From Planctomycetota bacterium (GTDB lineage: Bacteria; Planctomycetota; SZUA-567; H5-PLA8), in NCBI GenBank assembly GCA_027493525.1, contig JAOSKN010000002.1:1271326-1335325 (forward strand): a stretch of DNA of 64,000 nt, given 5' to 3'. The position numbers and the translations under genes are program-made. Within the stretch, counting starts at the first letter, position 1. Each line of letters opens with the position of its first letter. The notes beneath the pieces were generated by a model. It did no database searches, was not told the origin of the DNA, and saw nothing but the letters and a program-made list of their open reading frames with translations. Of this stretch, positions 36,807 to 46,641 are shown piece by piece.

Positions 36807-37454
36807 TTTGCGTACGTTCCTCCGCGGCGAGACAACAAGGCCCCGGCGAAGAACCGTGGGTTCTTCGAAAATCTGCCTTGTGGTTTTGCGGCGGGCGCGC
36901 GACGCCTCATCCGAAAATTAAGTCTTAGAATCCGACCCAATTCCCTCGCGCGCCCGTCGTTCGCGGCCTGCGCCGCCGGCACGTCCTCAACGCAAAACAA
37001 AAAAGCCTTCCCGGGTCGTCCCCAGGAAGGCTCTGGCCTTGCGGCAGTTAGAAGCTCTTCCTAGGGTGTGGAGCCTCCGTTGAAGCTCCGCTCGCCGTTG
37101 GCGTACGGCATATCGCCATGGGCGAGGCTCGATTCCGTTGAGCCGCCTTTGGCGCATGGGCCGCCCGCGACGCGCCACGCTTGGGGCGCGTATGCGGCGG
37201 ATAGGAAGAAGGTTCGCTGCGTCATCGTACGTTCCGTCCCTTTCAAACGACTTGCCTCAACCAACCGCACAAAGCCGGATTCGTCAAGAGGCGCCGGGAC
37301 ATATTTCGAACAAAAATGCGTTCAAAATGCTGCCAATCGAGGCGCGCGATCCGGGAGGGCGGGGACGGCACTGGCAGCCCGGGGGCGGCGCGCTAGGCTT
37401 GTAACATCCTTGGAACGGCTTGTTACCAGGCGCCACGACGCAAGGAACGCCCGC

Positions 37455-38288
37455 ATGCCCGCCGCCGCGTTGACCGACACCTCGAAACTCTGCGTCCATA
37501 CGATCACGACCAAGCCGCTGAGCCTGGACGAAGCGCTGGAGGCCTATCCACGCGCGGGGGTACGGGGGATCACGGTCTGGCGGCAGGCCTTGGAAGGCCG
37601 GAATCCGGCGGCCTCGGGCAAGCGCATTCGCGAGGCGGGGCTTTCGATCGTGAGCCTCTGCCGCGGCGGCTTTTTTCCCGCGCGCGAAGCCTCGAGGCGG
37701 CAGGCCGCGATCGACGAGAATCGGCGGATCGTGGACGAAGCTGCGGCGCTGGGCGCGCCGCTGGTCGTGCTGGTCTGCGGCGCCGTGCCGGGTCAGCCGC
37801 TTGGCGAAAGCCGCGCCCAGATCCGGGACGGGATCGCGGCGGTCGCCGACCATGCCAGGGCATGCGGGGTGAAGCTGGCCGTCGAACCGCTGCATCCGAT
37901 GTACGCCGACGACCGCTCCGCCATCAACACGCTGCGCCAGGCCAACGACCTGTGCGAGGCCCTGGACCATCCGGCGGTCGGCGTGGCGGCGGACGTGTAC
38001 CATTTATGGTGGGATCCCGAACTCGAGGCGCAGATCGCGCGCTGCGGGCGCGCGGGCCGGCTCTGGGCCTTCCATATCTGCGACTGGAAGACTCCGACCG
38101 AAGACCTGCTCAACGACCGCGGCCTGATGGGCGAGGGCTGCATCGACCTGCGCGGGATCCGCGGCTGGGTCGAGGCGGCGGGCTTCGGCGGCTTCAACGA
38201 AGTGGAGGTCTTTTCCAACCGGCGCTGGAAGCTGGACCAGCGGGCGTACCTCGAGGAGATCCGGAAGGCGTACCTGGAACGCGCGTGA
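37455..38288 (+). CDS. sugar phosphate isomerase/epimerase (xylose isomerase-like TIM barrel)
   Basis: Protein-like from MPAAALTDTSKLCVHTITT onward. The pattern of conserved His/Glu/Asp residues fits the AP-endonuclease-2 / xylose-isomerase-like TIM-barrel family. Confidence 0.8.
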   Translation: MPAAALTDTSKLCVHTITTKPLSLDEALEAYPRAGVRGITVWRQALEGRNPAASGKRIREAGLSIVSLCRGGFFPAREASRRQAAIDENRRIVDEAAALGAPLVVLVCGAVPGQPLGESRAQIRDGIAAVADHARACGVKLAVEPLHPMYADDRSAINTLRQANDLCEALDHPAVGVAADVYHLWWDPELEAQIARCGRAGRLWAFHICDWKTPTEDLLNDRGLMGEGCIDLRGIRGWVEAAGFGGFNEVEVFSNRRWKLDQRAYLEEIRKAYLERA

Positions 38289-38327
38289 GGGCAGGCCCGG
38301 ACGAGCAGACCCTAAAAGGAGCGGCGC

Positions 38328-39476
38328 ATGAAGGAGCATCGAGTCGGCATCATCATGAACGGCGTCACCGGGCGCATGGGCACCAACCAGCACCTGATCC
38401 GTTCGATCCTCGCCATCCGGCAACAGGGCGGGGTGAAGCTGGGTCCGGGCGAGACGATCGTCCCCGAGCCGCTGCTGGTCGGGCGCAACACGGACAAGCT
38501 TCGCGCGCTGGCCGCGGCCAACGGCGTGGAGCGCTACACGACCGATCTCGACGCGGCGTTGAAGGACGCCAAGTACCAGATCTATTTCGACGCCGGCATG
38601 ACGCAGCACCGGGTCGAGAACCTGCGCAAGGCGCTGGCGGCGAAGAAGCACATTTACTGCGAGAAGCCCACGGCGATCGACACGGCGGGCGCGCTGGCGA
38701 TCTACAAGGAGGCGCAGCGCTCGGGGCTCAAGCACGGCGTGGTGCAGGACAAGCTCTGGCTGCCTGGGCTGCTGAAGCTGAAGTACCTGCTCGACACCGG
38801 CGCGCTCGGCGACGTGCTCTCCGCGCGCGGCGAATTCGGCTACTGGGTCTTCGACGGCTACGCGCAGGCGTGCCAGCGGCCAAGTTGGAATTACCGCAAG
38901 GAGGACGGCGGCGGGATCATCGTGGACATGCTCTGCCACTGGCGCTACGTGATCGACAACCTCTTTGGCAACGTGAAGGCGGTGAGCTGCCTTGGCGCGA
39001 CGCACGTGCCGAAGCGAGTGGACGAGAACGGCAAGGAGTTCGCCTGCACGACCGACGACGCCGCGTACGCGACGTTCCTGACCGAGCGGGGCGTCATCTG
39101 CCATTTCAATTCCTCATGGTGCGTGCGCGTGCGGCGCGACGACCTGCTGACGGTCCAGGTGGACGGTACGAAGGGCAGCGCCGTGGCCGGGCTGCGGCGC
39201 TGCTTCGTGCAGCACGACAGTTACACGCCGAAGCCGGTCTGGAATCCGGACATCGACCAGCCGATCAACTTCTTTTCGAACTGGGAAGAGGTGCCGAACA
39301 ACCGTCCGTACGACAACGCGTTCAAGATCCAGTGGGAGCTGTTCCTGCGGCATGTCGTAAAGGACGAACCGTTCCGCTGGGGCCTGCTCGAGGGCGCCAA
39401 GGGTGTACAATTGGCCGAAAAGGGCCTGGAGAGCTGGGCCAAGCGGGCCTGGGTGGACCTGCCGAGCCTGGATTGA
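38328..39476 (+). CDS. Gfo/Idh/MocA family oxidoreductase
   Basis: An N-terminal Rossmann motif (IGIIMNGVTGRMG) and an EKP motif; 382 aa. Confidence 0.85.
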   Translation: MKEHRVGIIMNGVTGRMGTNQHLIRSILAIRQQGGVKLGPGETIVPEPLLVGRNTDKLRALAAANGVERYTTDLDAALKDAKYQIYFDAGMTQHRVENLRKALAAKKHIYCEKPTAIDTAGALAIYKEAQRSGLKHGVVQDKLWLPGLLKLKYLLDTGALGDVLSARGEFGYWVFDGYAQACQRPSWNYRKEDGGGIIVDMLCHWRYVIDNLFGNVKAVSCLGATHVPKRVDENGKEFACTTDDAAYATFLTERGVICHFNSSWCVRVRRDDLLTVQVDGTKGSAVAGLRRCFVQHDSYTPKPVWNPDIDQPINFFSNWEEVPNNRPYDNAFKIQWELFLRHVVKDEPFRWGLLEGAKGVQLAEKGLESWAKRAWVDLPSLD

Positions 39477-39496
39477 GGCCGCGTCGCGAGGCGCCC

Positions 39497-39823
39497 ATGG
39501 CCAAGCACGAACGGAAGCCGCCCCCGCTGCCGTCCTTTCCCGCGGGCCGCACGCCCGAGGCGCTCGTACCGCTGCTGGGCGAGACGGTCGTCGTCGATAT
39601 CGACGCCCATATGCTGTACTTGGGCAAGCTCGAATACGCCGACGACGCGTTCCTCGCGCTGAGCGAAGTGGACGTCCACGAGGACAAGGCCGAGGCGCTG
39701 AGCAAGGAAGCCTACGTCCACGAGGCGCGGAACATCGGCGTGCGCGCGAACCGGCATCTGACCTGGGTGCGCATGGCGCGGGTCGTCTCGATCTCCAGGC
39801 TCGCCGATATCAAGAACTTCTGA
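39497..39823 (+). CDS. hypothetical small protein (108 aa)
   Basis: Begins MAKHERKPPPL, 20 nt after the preceding gene's stop. Confidence 0.5.
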   Translation: MAKHERKPPPLPSFPAGRTPEALVPLLGETVVVDIDAHMLYLGKLEYADDAFLALSEVDVHEDKAEALSKEAYVHEARNIGVRANRHLTWVRMARVVSISRLADIKNF

Positions 39824-39861
39824 AGGCTGACGAAGGGCCGGCGCGCGGTAGAATGCCGCGC

Positions 39862-41945
39862 ATGGCACGTCCCGCCGTCGCGCTCCTGGTCCTGCTCGCG
39901 GCCCTTGGCCGCTGGGCCTGCGCGGGCATCGCGGAGGTCGTGCCCGAAGAGGGTCCCGCCGACGGGCGGCCCGCGGCCATTCCCATCCTCGACGGCGTGG
40001 CCCCGGACCGGGCGCTGGGTCTGTCTGAGCGGCGTGAATACGCGAGCGGGCGCCGCGCCGGTGGACGCCTACGAGTGGCGGCAGCTCAAGGGCCCCCCGC
40101 TGCGCTTCTTTGCCGAGCAGAAGGAGAGCGTCCGCGTCTGGGCGTTCCTCGAGATGCCCGGCGCCTACCATCTTATTCTGCGCGCCCGGAACGAACGCGG
40201 CTGGTGCCCGTTCGCGCCGCTGGAATTCGAAGTCGAGGAGGATCCCGAACGGCGCGCCGGGCCGGACTTCCTGATGCCCGTGGGCTTCGGGGAGAAGCTC
40301 GTGCTCAGCGGCGAAGGCTGGAAGCAGGTCTACGGCGAAGCGGTCGAATTGCGGCGCGCGGAGGACGGCAGCGAGACGGTGGTGCGGCTGGTCAAGCCCG
40401 GGCTGTTTCTGTTCGAGGCGCTGCACGCGGGCGACATCCCCGAACGGCACGGCTACTGGCTGCCCTCGGACAAGGACGGCGTGCTCGGCGACCGCCGTCC
40501 GGAGGCCAAGGTCCCGGCCACGCTGTGGGGCGTGGTCGGGCAGCCGCTGACGGTGGACGGCGGCCTGAGCCGCGATCCCGACGGCGACCCGCTCACCGCG
40601 CGCTGGATTCGTTCCGAAGAGGAAGACCTGAAGCAGACCGACGAGAAGGGCCTCGCGGCGGTCTTCGTCGCCAGCAAGCCCGGCAACTACCGGCTGCAAC
40701 TGGTGGTCTCGGACGGGCGCCTGGAAGCGCTCGCCGAGTGCTACGTCGAGTTTCGCGAGGCGGGCGATCAGGATCCCGCCTACCCGGCCCTGCCGGACCT
40801 GCCGCAGGCCGAGGCGTGGCCCGCGGAGGCAACGGTGGGGTTGTACGAGTCGGATCTGGACCGCGCCGTGCAGGTGCTCCCCGCGCGCGGCGGGGTGACG
40901 CTGCGCGTGGCGCAGGAATTTCACGACGCGGCGCGCCTGTCGGACATACCGCTGCACCTGGCGGTGCGCGACGGGCCGACGCGGCTCGCGCTGGACTGGA
41001 TCGCGCGGCAGGCCGGCGGCTGGTACGTGCGCGACGGAGAGCGCGACGTGTGGCTCGTGGGCGCGGGCCGCACGGTCCGCGAAGACCCGCTTACGAACGT
41101 CGTGCTGCCCGTCGACGCGTTGTACGCCGAAGGCAAGGACGACGAATTCCTCAAGCTGCTGCTCGACTGCTTCGCGGGCGTGCTGAAGCAGCGCCGGGAT
41201 AGCAGCATCACCGTGGAATCCAAGACCAAGCAGGTCATCGCGTTCCTGCCTCGAACGGCCAGCGACCGGCTGAAGGAGGTGCTCTTCCACCTGCGCACGC
41301 CGAAGGGCCTGGGTCTCCCGCCGCCCCTGCCGCTCGACGTCGAGGCGCGCCGCATGCGGCTGGTGCTGGAGCAGAAAAAGCTCACCCTGGAGCGGACGAG
41401 CCGGCGGCTGGATCTGCTCTTGCGCGACCTGGGCGATCTTGCGGGCGTGCAGGTCGGCTTCGATCCGCGCGAGTTCGGAGTCAAGGTCTACTCGAGCGCG
41501 GCCTTTACGGGCAAGTTGCCGCGCCTGACGGTGAAGTTCGAAGGGCCGCTGCGGCAAGTGGTGCGCGACCTCTGCGCGGCGGCGGGCTTCGACGGCTGCC
41601 AGGTTGAGGCCGGGGGCGGGCTCTGGTTCTACAAGGGGGCGGCGCCGTACCCGTACGGGGGAGTCGCTCTGGGAGACGGCGATCGTGCACAGCTACGAAC
41701 TCTCCACGGTGCTGCGGCGTTTGCCGCTGCTGAGCGGCGAGGCGGTGGCGCACGAGGTCCGGAGGCGCGTCTATCCGGGCTCCTGGAAGGACCCGGCCGT
41801 GGCGTGCATCTACCACAAGGCCAGCGAGCGGCTGATCGTGATCCACGGGGCCGTGGCGCAGGAGCAGGCGCTTAAGGTCCTGCTCGACCTGCAGGACCGG
41901 GGCGAGTGGGCGCTGGGCCCGGTGGCCGCGCCAGAGGAAAAGTGA
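39862..41945 (+). CDS. hypothetical secreted protein; reading frame broken by 2 apparent frameshifts (near 40020 and 41660)
   Basis: The signal peptide MARPAVALLVLLAALG is in frame 1, the body is in frame 2 (ORF 39905..41875), and the C-terminus is in frame 3 (ORF 41604..41945). The shifts fall at G/C runs. Confidence 0.45.
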
Positions 41946-42041
41946 ACCCGATTCGGCTGAAGGTTTCGGCGCCGCGCCAGTCCCTTGGTTGGACTCGGGT
42001 TTGCTGATAGGCTCCTTCAGGACTTTTAACGGGAAGCGCGG

Positions 42042-43337
42042 ATGGCGCCTGAACAATCCACCGCCACGGCGGGTTCACCGGATGTACAGTCGCCGGCCAA
42101 ACGGCTGCCGCGGTGGGCGCGTGTGCTGTGCTGGACCGGCGGCGTTCTGGCGGTGCTGGCGCTTGCGGGCTACCTCTCGCTTCCTTACCTGATGCCGCAT
42201 CACAGCGCGCCGCGCGAAGCGATGCGCGAGATCGCCCCAAGCGACGACAAGGCGCTGGACGCGATCCGGCGCGGTTTCGAATACCTGCGCGTACACCAGG
42301 AGACCAACGGGCACTTCTCGACGGGTCTGCTCGACCCCAAGCCGGGCTTCACGGCGCTGGTGGTGGACGCGCTGGCGCGGCTGCCGGTGGACCTGCGCCC
42401 CGAGGACAAGCTGATGCTTGAGAAGGCCGCGCAGGCGATCGTCTCCTGCCAGCGCGAGAACGGCTCGATCTGCACGCCGGGCCTGGGGGTGGAGGTCTAC
42501 ACGACGGCCGTCAGCATGATGGCGCTCAAGGCGCTGAACGATCCGCGCTTCGACGAGGCGATCAAGCGCGCCCAGGCGTACATGGTTAAGGCGCAGCGCG
42601 GCGAGAGCGCGGGGGACCTGAACTCGGGAGGCGTCGGCTACAACCCGGGTTCGCGCCCCGACGGCAGCGTCTCGGCGATGTGGGTGGAGGCCATGAAGGA
42701 GACCGGGGTGGACGAAAACAGCGAGGCCTTCGAGAACGCCAAGAAGTTCTTCACCCGCCTGCAGAACAACCCCGAAACGAACACCGCCCCGCCGCCCGAG
42801 GGCGCCGCGCTCTCGAACGACGGCGGCTTCATCTACCGGCCCGGCGAATCCAAACCGCCCGACGAGATCAATCGCGAAGGCAAGCGCGTGCCGCAGAGCT
42901 ACGGCTTGATGAGTTACGCGGGGCTCAAAAGTTTCCTCTACATGAACGTGAGCAAGGACGACGACCGCGTGAAGTCGGCGTGGCGCTGGGTGCAGCAGAA
43001 TTACACCCTCGAAGAGAACCGCAACATCGGCTCCGATGGCCTGTACTACTATTACATGACCATGGCCAAGGCGCTTGCGGCCTACGGCGAGCCGGCGATC
43101 GAGACGCCGGATGGAAAGCAACACGCCTGGGCGCGGGAACTGACCGAGAAGGTGCTCTCGCTTCAGCGGCGGGACGGCTCCTGGCAGAATACGGTCAGCC
43201 CCAAGTGGATGGAAAACGACAGCGTGCTCGTGAGCGCCTACGCCTTGCGTACGCTGGCGATCTGCCGCAAGTTCCTCTCCGAGCATCCCGTGCGGGCGGC
43301 GCCCGACGAGGTGAAGCCGGAAGCGAAGACCGAATAG
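42042..43337 (+). CDS. prenyltransferase/squalene oxidase repeat (terpenoid cyclase-like) protein with N-terminal TM
   Basis: An N-terminal TM helix, then repeated aromatic/Gly-rich segments suggestive of squalene-hopene-cyclase-like repeats. Confidence 0.6.
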   Translation: MAPEQSTATAGSPDVQSPAKRLPRWARVLCWTGGVLAVLALAGYLSLPYLMPHHSAPREAMREIAPSDDKALDAIRRGFEYLRVHQETNGHFSTGLLDPKPGFTALVVDALARLPVDLRPEDKLMLEKAAQAIVSCQRENGSICTPGLGVEVYTTAVSMMALKALNDPRFDEAIKRAQAYMVKAQRGESAGDLNSGGVGYNPGSRPDGSVSAMWVEAMKETGVDENSEAFENAKKFFTRLQNNPETNTAPPPEGAALSNDGGFIYRPGESKPPDEINREGKRVPQSYGLMSYAGLKSFLYMNVSKDDDRVKSAWRWVQQNYTLEENRNIGSDGLYYYYMTMAKALAAYGEPAIETPDGKQHAWARELTEKVLSLQRRDGSWQNTVSPKWMENDSVLVSAYALRTLAICRKFLSEHPVRAAPDEVKPEAKTE

Positions 43338-43665
43338 CCGTGCTGGCTGTCTTGTAATCCATTGGTGTAAAATGAGTTGAGTGATCGGACCTGCGGCATC
43401 CGATTGCTGGAATTAAGCCTTGCACGTCCGAATGTTTCGGGTCGTGCACCTCCGGATTCTCCGTTGTGAATTCATGCCTTCCCCGGTCCTCTACACCTAT
43501 CCCATTTCCGCCCTTCCGGTTGCGCAAGCGAGCGCGAATTAGGGAACGCATTGGACCGGAAATTGTTTTTCAGCGGTCTCAAGCGGTTCTTGGCTGCTGG
43601 TGGAGCGCGAGTGCCTCCCGTGCGGCCAAGGGGTCCGCGAGATCCCTCTCCTCGGAGACCCGCGC

Positions 43666-43818
43666 ATGTCGGACAAGGGAAAGAAGTCTCCGGCGAAACC
43701 GAAGGCCAAGAAGCAGACCCAGGCCGCTCCGGCGCCCATCGCGCCGCAGACGGCCAGGCCTGTCCCGAAGCCTGCGGTCCCCCCGCCGCCCGCCGACGAG
43801 TCGCTCGGCAGGCGATAG
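43666..43818 (+). CDS. small basic Lys/Pro/Ala-rich protein
   Basis: MSDKGKKSPAKPKAKKQTQAAP... Confidence 0.3.
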   Translation: MSDKGKKSPAKPKAKKQTQAAPAPIAPQTARPVPKPAVPPPPADESLGRR

Positions 43819-43882
43819 CCGTACCGCCATGCCGCGGACTTTGTGTGTCAGGGACCAGGAAGGAAACGAAGGAGGAAGCAGC

Positions 43883-44191
43883 ATGAAGTCCAAGTACCAC
43901 GCGCCGGCGATGCTGGCGGCTTGTCTGGTGGCGCTGTGCCTGGTGAACGCCGCTCCGGTTCTGGCCGGCGACGCGACGGTCACGGGCGCCGTGAGCGTGA
44001 CCCAGGATGGCGACAACGTGACGGCCGTCACGATCAAGACCGAGGACGGCAAGAGCTACAGCGTCACGCTGGACGAGAAGGGCAAGGAAGTCGCCAAGCA
44101 CAATGGGAAGAAGGTCACCGTCACCGGCGAAGTCGCCGAGAAGGATGGGGCGCACTGGATCACGGTGAAGGAAGCCAAGGCCGCCGAATAG
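43883..44191 (+). CDS. small secreted protein (tandem paralog 1)
   Basis: A signal peptide, and the motif ATVTGAVSVTQDGDNVTAVTIKTEDGK...KKVTVTGEVAEKDGAHWITVK. Confidence 0.55.
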   Translation: MKSKYHAPAMLAACLVALCLVNAAPVLAGDATVTGAVSVTQDGDNVTAVTIKTEDGKSYSVTLDEKGKEVAKHNGKKVTVTGEVAEKDGAHWITVKEAKAAE

Positions 44192-44313
44192 CACCCGCCG
44201 GCCAAGCGTTCCAAGCGGGCGGGCGCGGCGCCGAGAAGGCGCGCGCCCGCCCCATGTTTCTCCCGAGTCGCAGCTTCACTCTTGCAAGCAACTCATTTTT
44301 GGAGCGATAACCC

Positions 44314-44670
44314 ATGAAGAACTTTGCTGCCATGACGTTGGCGTTCGCCCTGGTCCTGGCCCTACAGGCCGGCCGGGTTTGCGCCGAAGACGCCACCGTG
44401 ACGGGCACCGTGAGCGTGACCGAGGAAAACAACGAGGTCAAGGCGATCACGATCACCGACGAGGCCGGCAAGGCCTTCAGTGTCGTGATCGACGAGAAAG
44501 CCAAGAAGCTGGCCGCGCACAAGGAAAAGAAGGTCACGGTGACCGGCGCGACGGAAGAGAAGGAAGGCGTCACCTGGATTACCGTGAAGGGCGTCAAGCC
44601 TGCCGGCGCGCAGAAGACGGGCGGGGGCAAGAAGACGGGGAAGAAGACCGAGGCGCCGGCTGGCGAGTAA
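44314..44670 (+). CDS. small secreted protein (tandem paralog 2)
   Basis: Same architecture as 43883..44191: ATVTGTVSVTEENNEVKAITITDEAGK...KKVTVTGATEEKEGVTWITVK. Confidence 0.55.
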   Translation: MKNFAAMTLAFALVLALQAGRVCAEDATVTGTVSVTEENNEVKAITITDEAGKAFSVVIDEKAKKLAAHKEKKVTVTGATEEKEGVTWITVKGVKPAGAQKTGGGKKTGKKTEAPAGE

Positions 44671-44745
44671 TCCGCATCCGGGAACACCGTACCGCAGTTC
44701 AGGGGCAGGCCGGTTCGGCCTGCCCTTTTTTTTCTCGGGCGCAGG

Positions 44746-46246
44746 CTACTCGGCAGGAACTGCTTTGAGCACGTCCAGGGCGGCGCCGGCCGCCGGGTCG
44801 GGGCCCGCGGCGAGGTCTTCCAAGGGCTTGCGCGAGGCGGATTCGGCGGCCTTGGCCAGCGCGGCGACCAGGGCCTGGAGCGGCGCCTCTTCGAGCTTCG
44901 CCAGCGCATCGTCGAGGGTCTCGCGCTGCCGGACGGAGAGCGTTTGGCCCTTGCCGCGCAGGGCCGCGCCGAGTGCCGCGAGACGCTCTTCGTTCCAGAC
45001 CCGCGAGCGCGCCGTGCAGGTCATGTCCTTGAGGAAGAAGTCGAGCGCGGAGAAGTTCCAGCGCAGCGAGCCGTCCTGGAGCTTCTGGCCCAGCGGGCCG
45101 ACGGAAGCCAGCTCGCCGGGGAGTTTGAGCCGCACCAGGTAAATGTGCTCGATGGGCGCGAAATTGGCCTCGACGTGGGCGCCGAGCATCCTCGCGAGGG
45201 CCGCTTCGCGCTGAGGCCTCGCGTCTTCCGCGGGCTTCAGGTTGCGCTCCTCGATGCCTTTGCCCAGGCTCTCGACGAGGCCCTGCATGCGCTTCTCGAG
45301 CGCGTCGGCGATCGTCTTGTGGGTCTCTTCGAGGCGCGTGGCCGCGCCGCTCTGCTCGGTAGCGGCCTCCGCGGCCTTCTGGACGGCCCGCAGCGCGAGC
45401 GGGCCCAGCTCGACGAGGGCCTTGCGCGCGTGTTCCTGCTCGTCCACGCTCCCTCCGGCGAGCTGTTCGATAAGGCGCTTGATGGCGGCGTCGTCGCGAG
45501 GGAGCTGGCGGTCGGGCTTCAACTGCGCGCGGTTGAGGCAGTGCCGGATCAGTACGCGCACGACCTCGCGCGGGTCGCTCGCCATCAACTGGTTGACGTT
45601 CTTGATCGGGAAGCCGCCCAGGGCCAGACGGAAGGCGACGGAGCCGAGGGTCGCGATCACCCCGCTCTTGGGCAGCCGCTCGGCCGAATCGGCGACGAGT
45701 TTCTGCAGGTCCTTCTCGAGGTAGCGCTTGACGGGTTCGAGGTCGTGCGTGGCTCCGAATTCGCGCTCGGCGTCCTTCAGCAGCGCCTCGCGGAAGTTGG
45801 CGTATTCGCCGAGCAGGGTCTGCTCGAACTCCTCCGGCTGCACGGTGTCGCGGTAGACTTCCTCGTACGTGTACGAAGTGGAGATGAAATGGTCGCGCAC
45901 CTTCAAGGCGGCCGTGCAGCCGGCGACGCGCTTGAGCGCCTTCACTTCGCATGCGTAGCCCGGCGGGATGGGCTGCCCCGGCTTGAGCTTCGCGACGGCG
46001 CGGAAGCGCGCGGGCTCGTCCGCCTCCACCGTCCATTCCGGCGCCGCGGGCACGTGAAAGCGCTTGGCCGGGTACAGCTCCCCTTCCTTGGAGCGCTCGG
46101 CGTCCTGGAGCGTCACCTCGATCTCGCGCCTGCCCGAGCCGTCGGCCTCGATGGTTGTCGCGATCTGCGTATCGACGGTGCAGCCGGCCAGGAGCAGCGC
46201 CGCCAGCAGGACCAGGGTGCGTGAAGTGAAGCTTTGAACGCGCATG
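44746..46246 (-). CDS. lipoprotein, hypothetical (500 aa)
   Basis: Begins MRVQSFTSRTLVLLAALLLAGC, which includes a lipobox. Confidence 0.6.
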
Positions 46247-46641
46247 CCGTTTCCAGGGCCTTCCATCAAGACGACGAGCCGGGCGAATGCTTCATGACGT
46301 CCGTTCCGGCATTTCAGCGCCGCTTGTCGTGGAGGCGGCCAACGGGTCGCCGGCAGATAGTGAAGGGCCAGTGGGAATCGAATTACGAGAAAAGCGGCTC
46401 GGTCACCGGCGCGCCCTCGCCTCATCCCGCGGATGCCGTGGAGAGTATAGGCCGCGTCGCCTGGATGTCTGCCTTGAAGAACGATTCTTTAACCTCTTGC
46501 CATTCTGGGGCCTGCGGGGGCGATCGGGCCGACCGGCGCGCAGGGGTGGCCGCTTGCCGCATGTATAGCGCCCAAATAGCAGCCAATCCTCATTCGGGTC
46601 CCGCGAACAGGGTACAAGACCTGGTGAAGGAGGACGAAATC

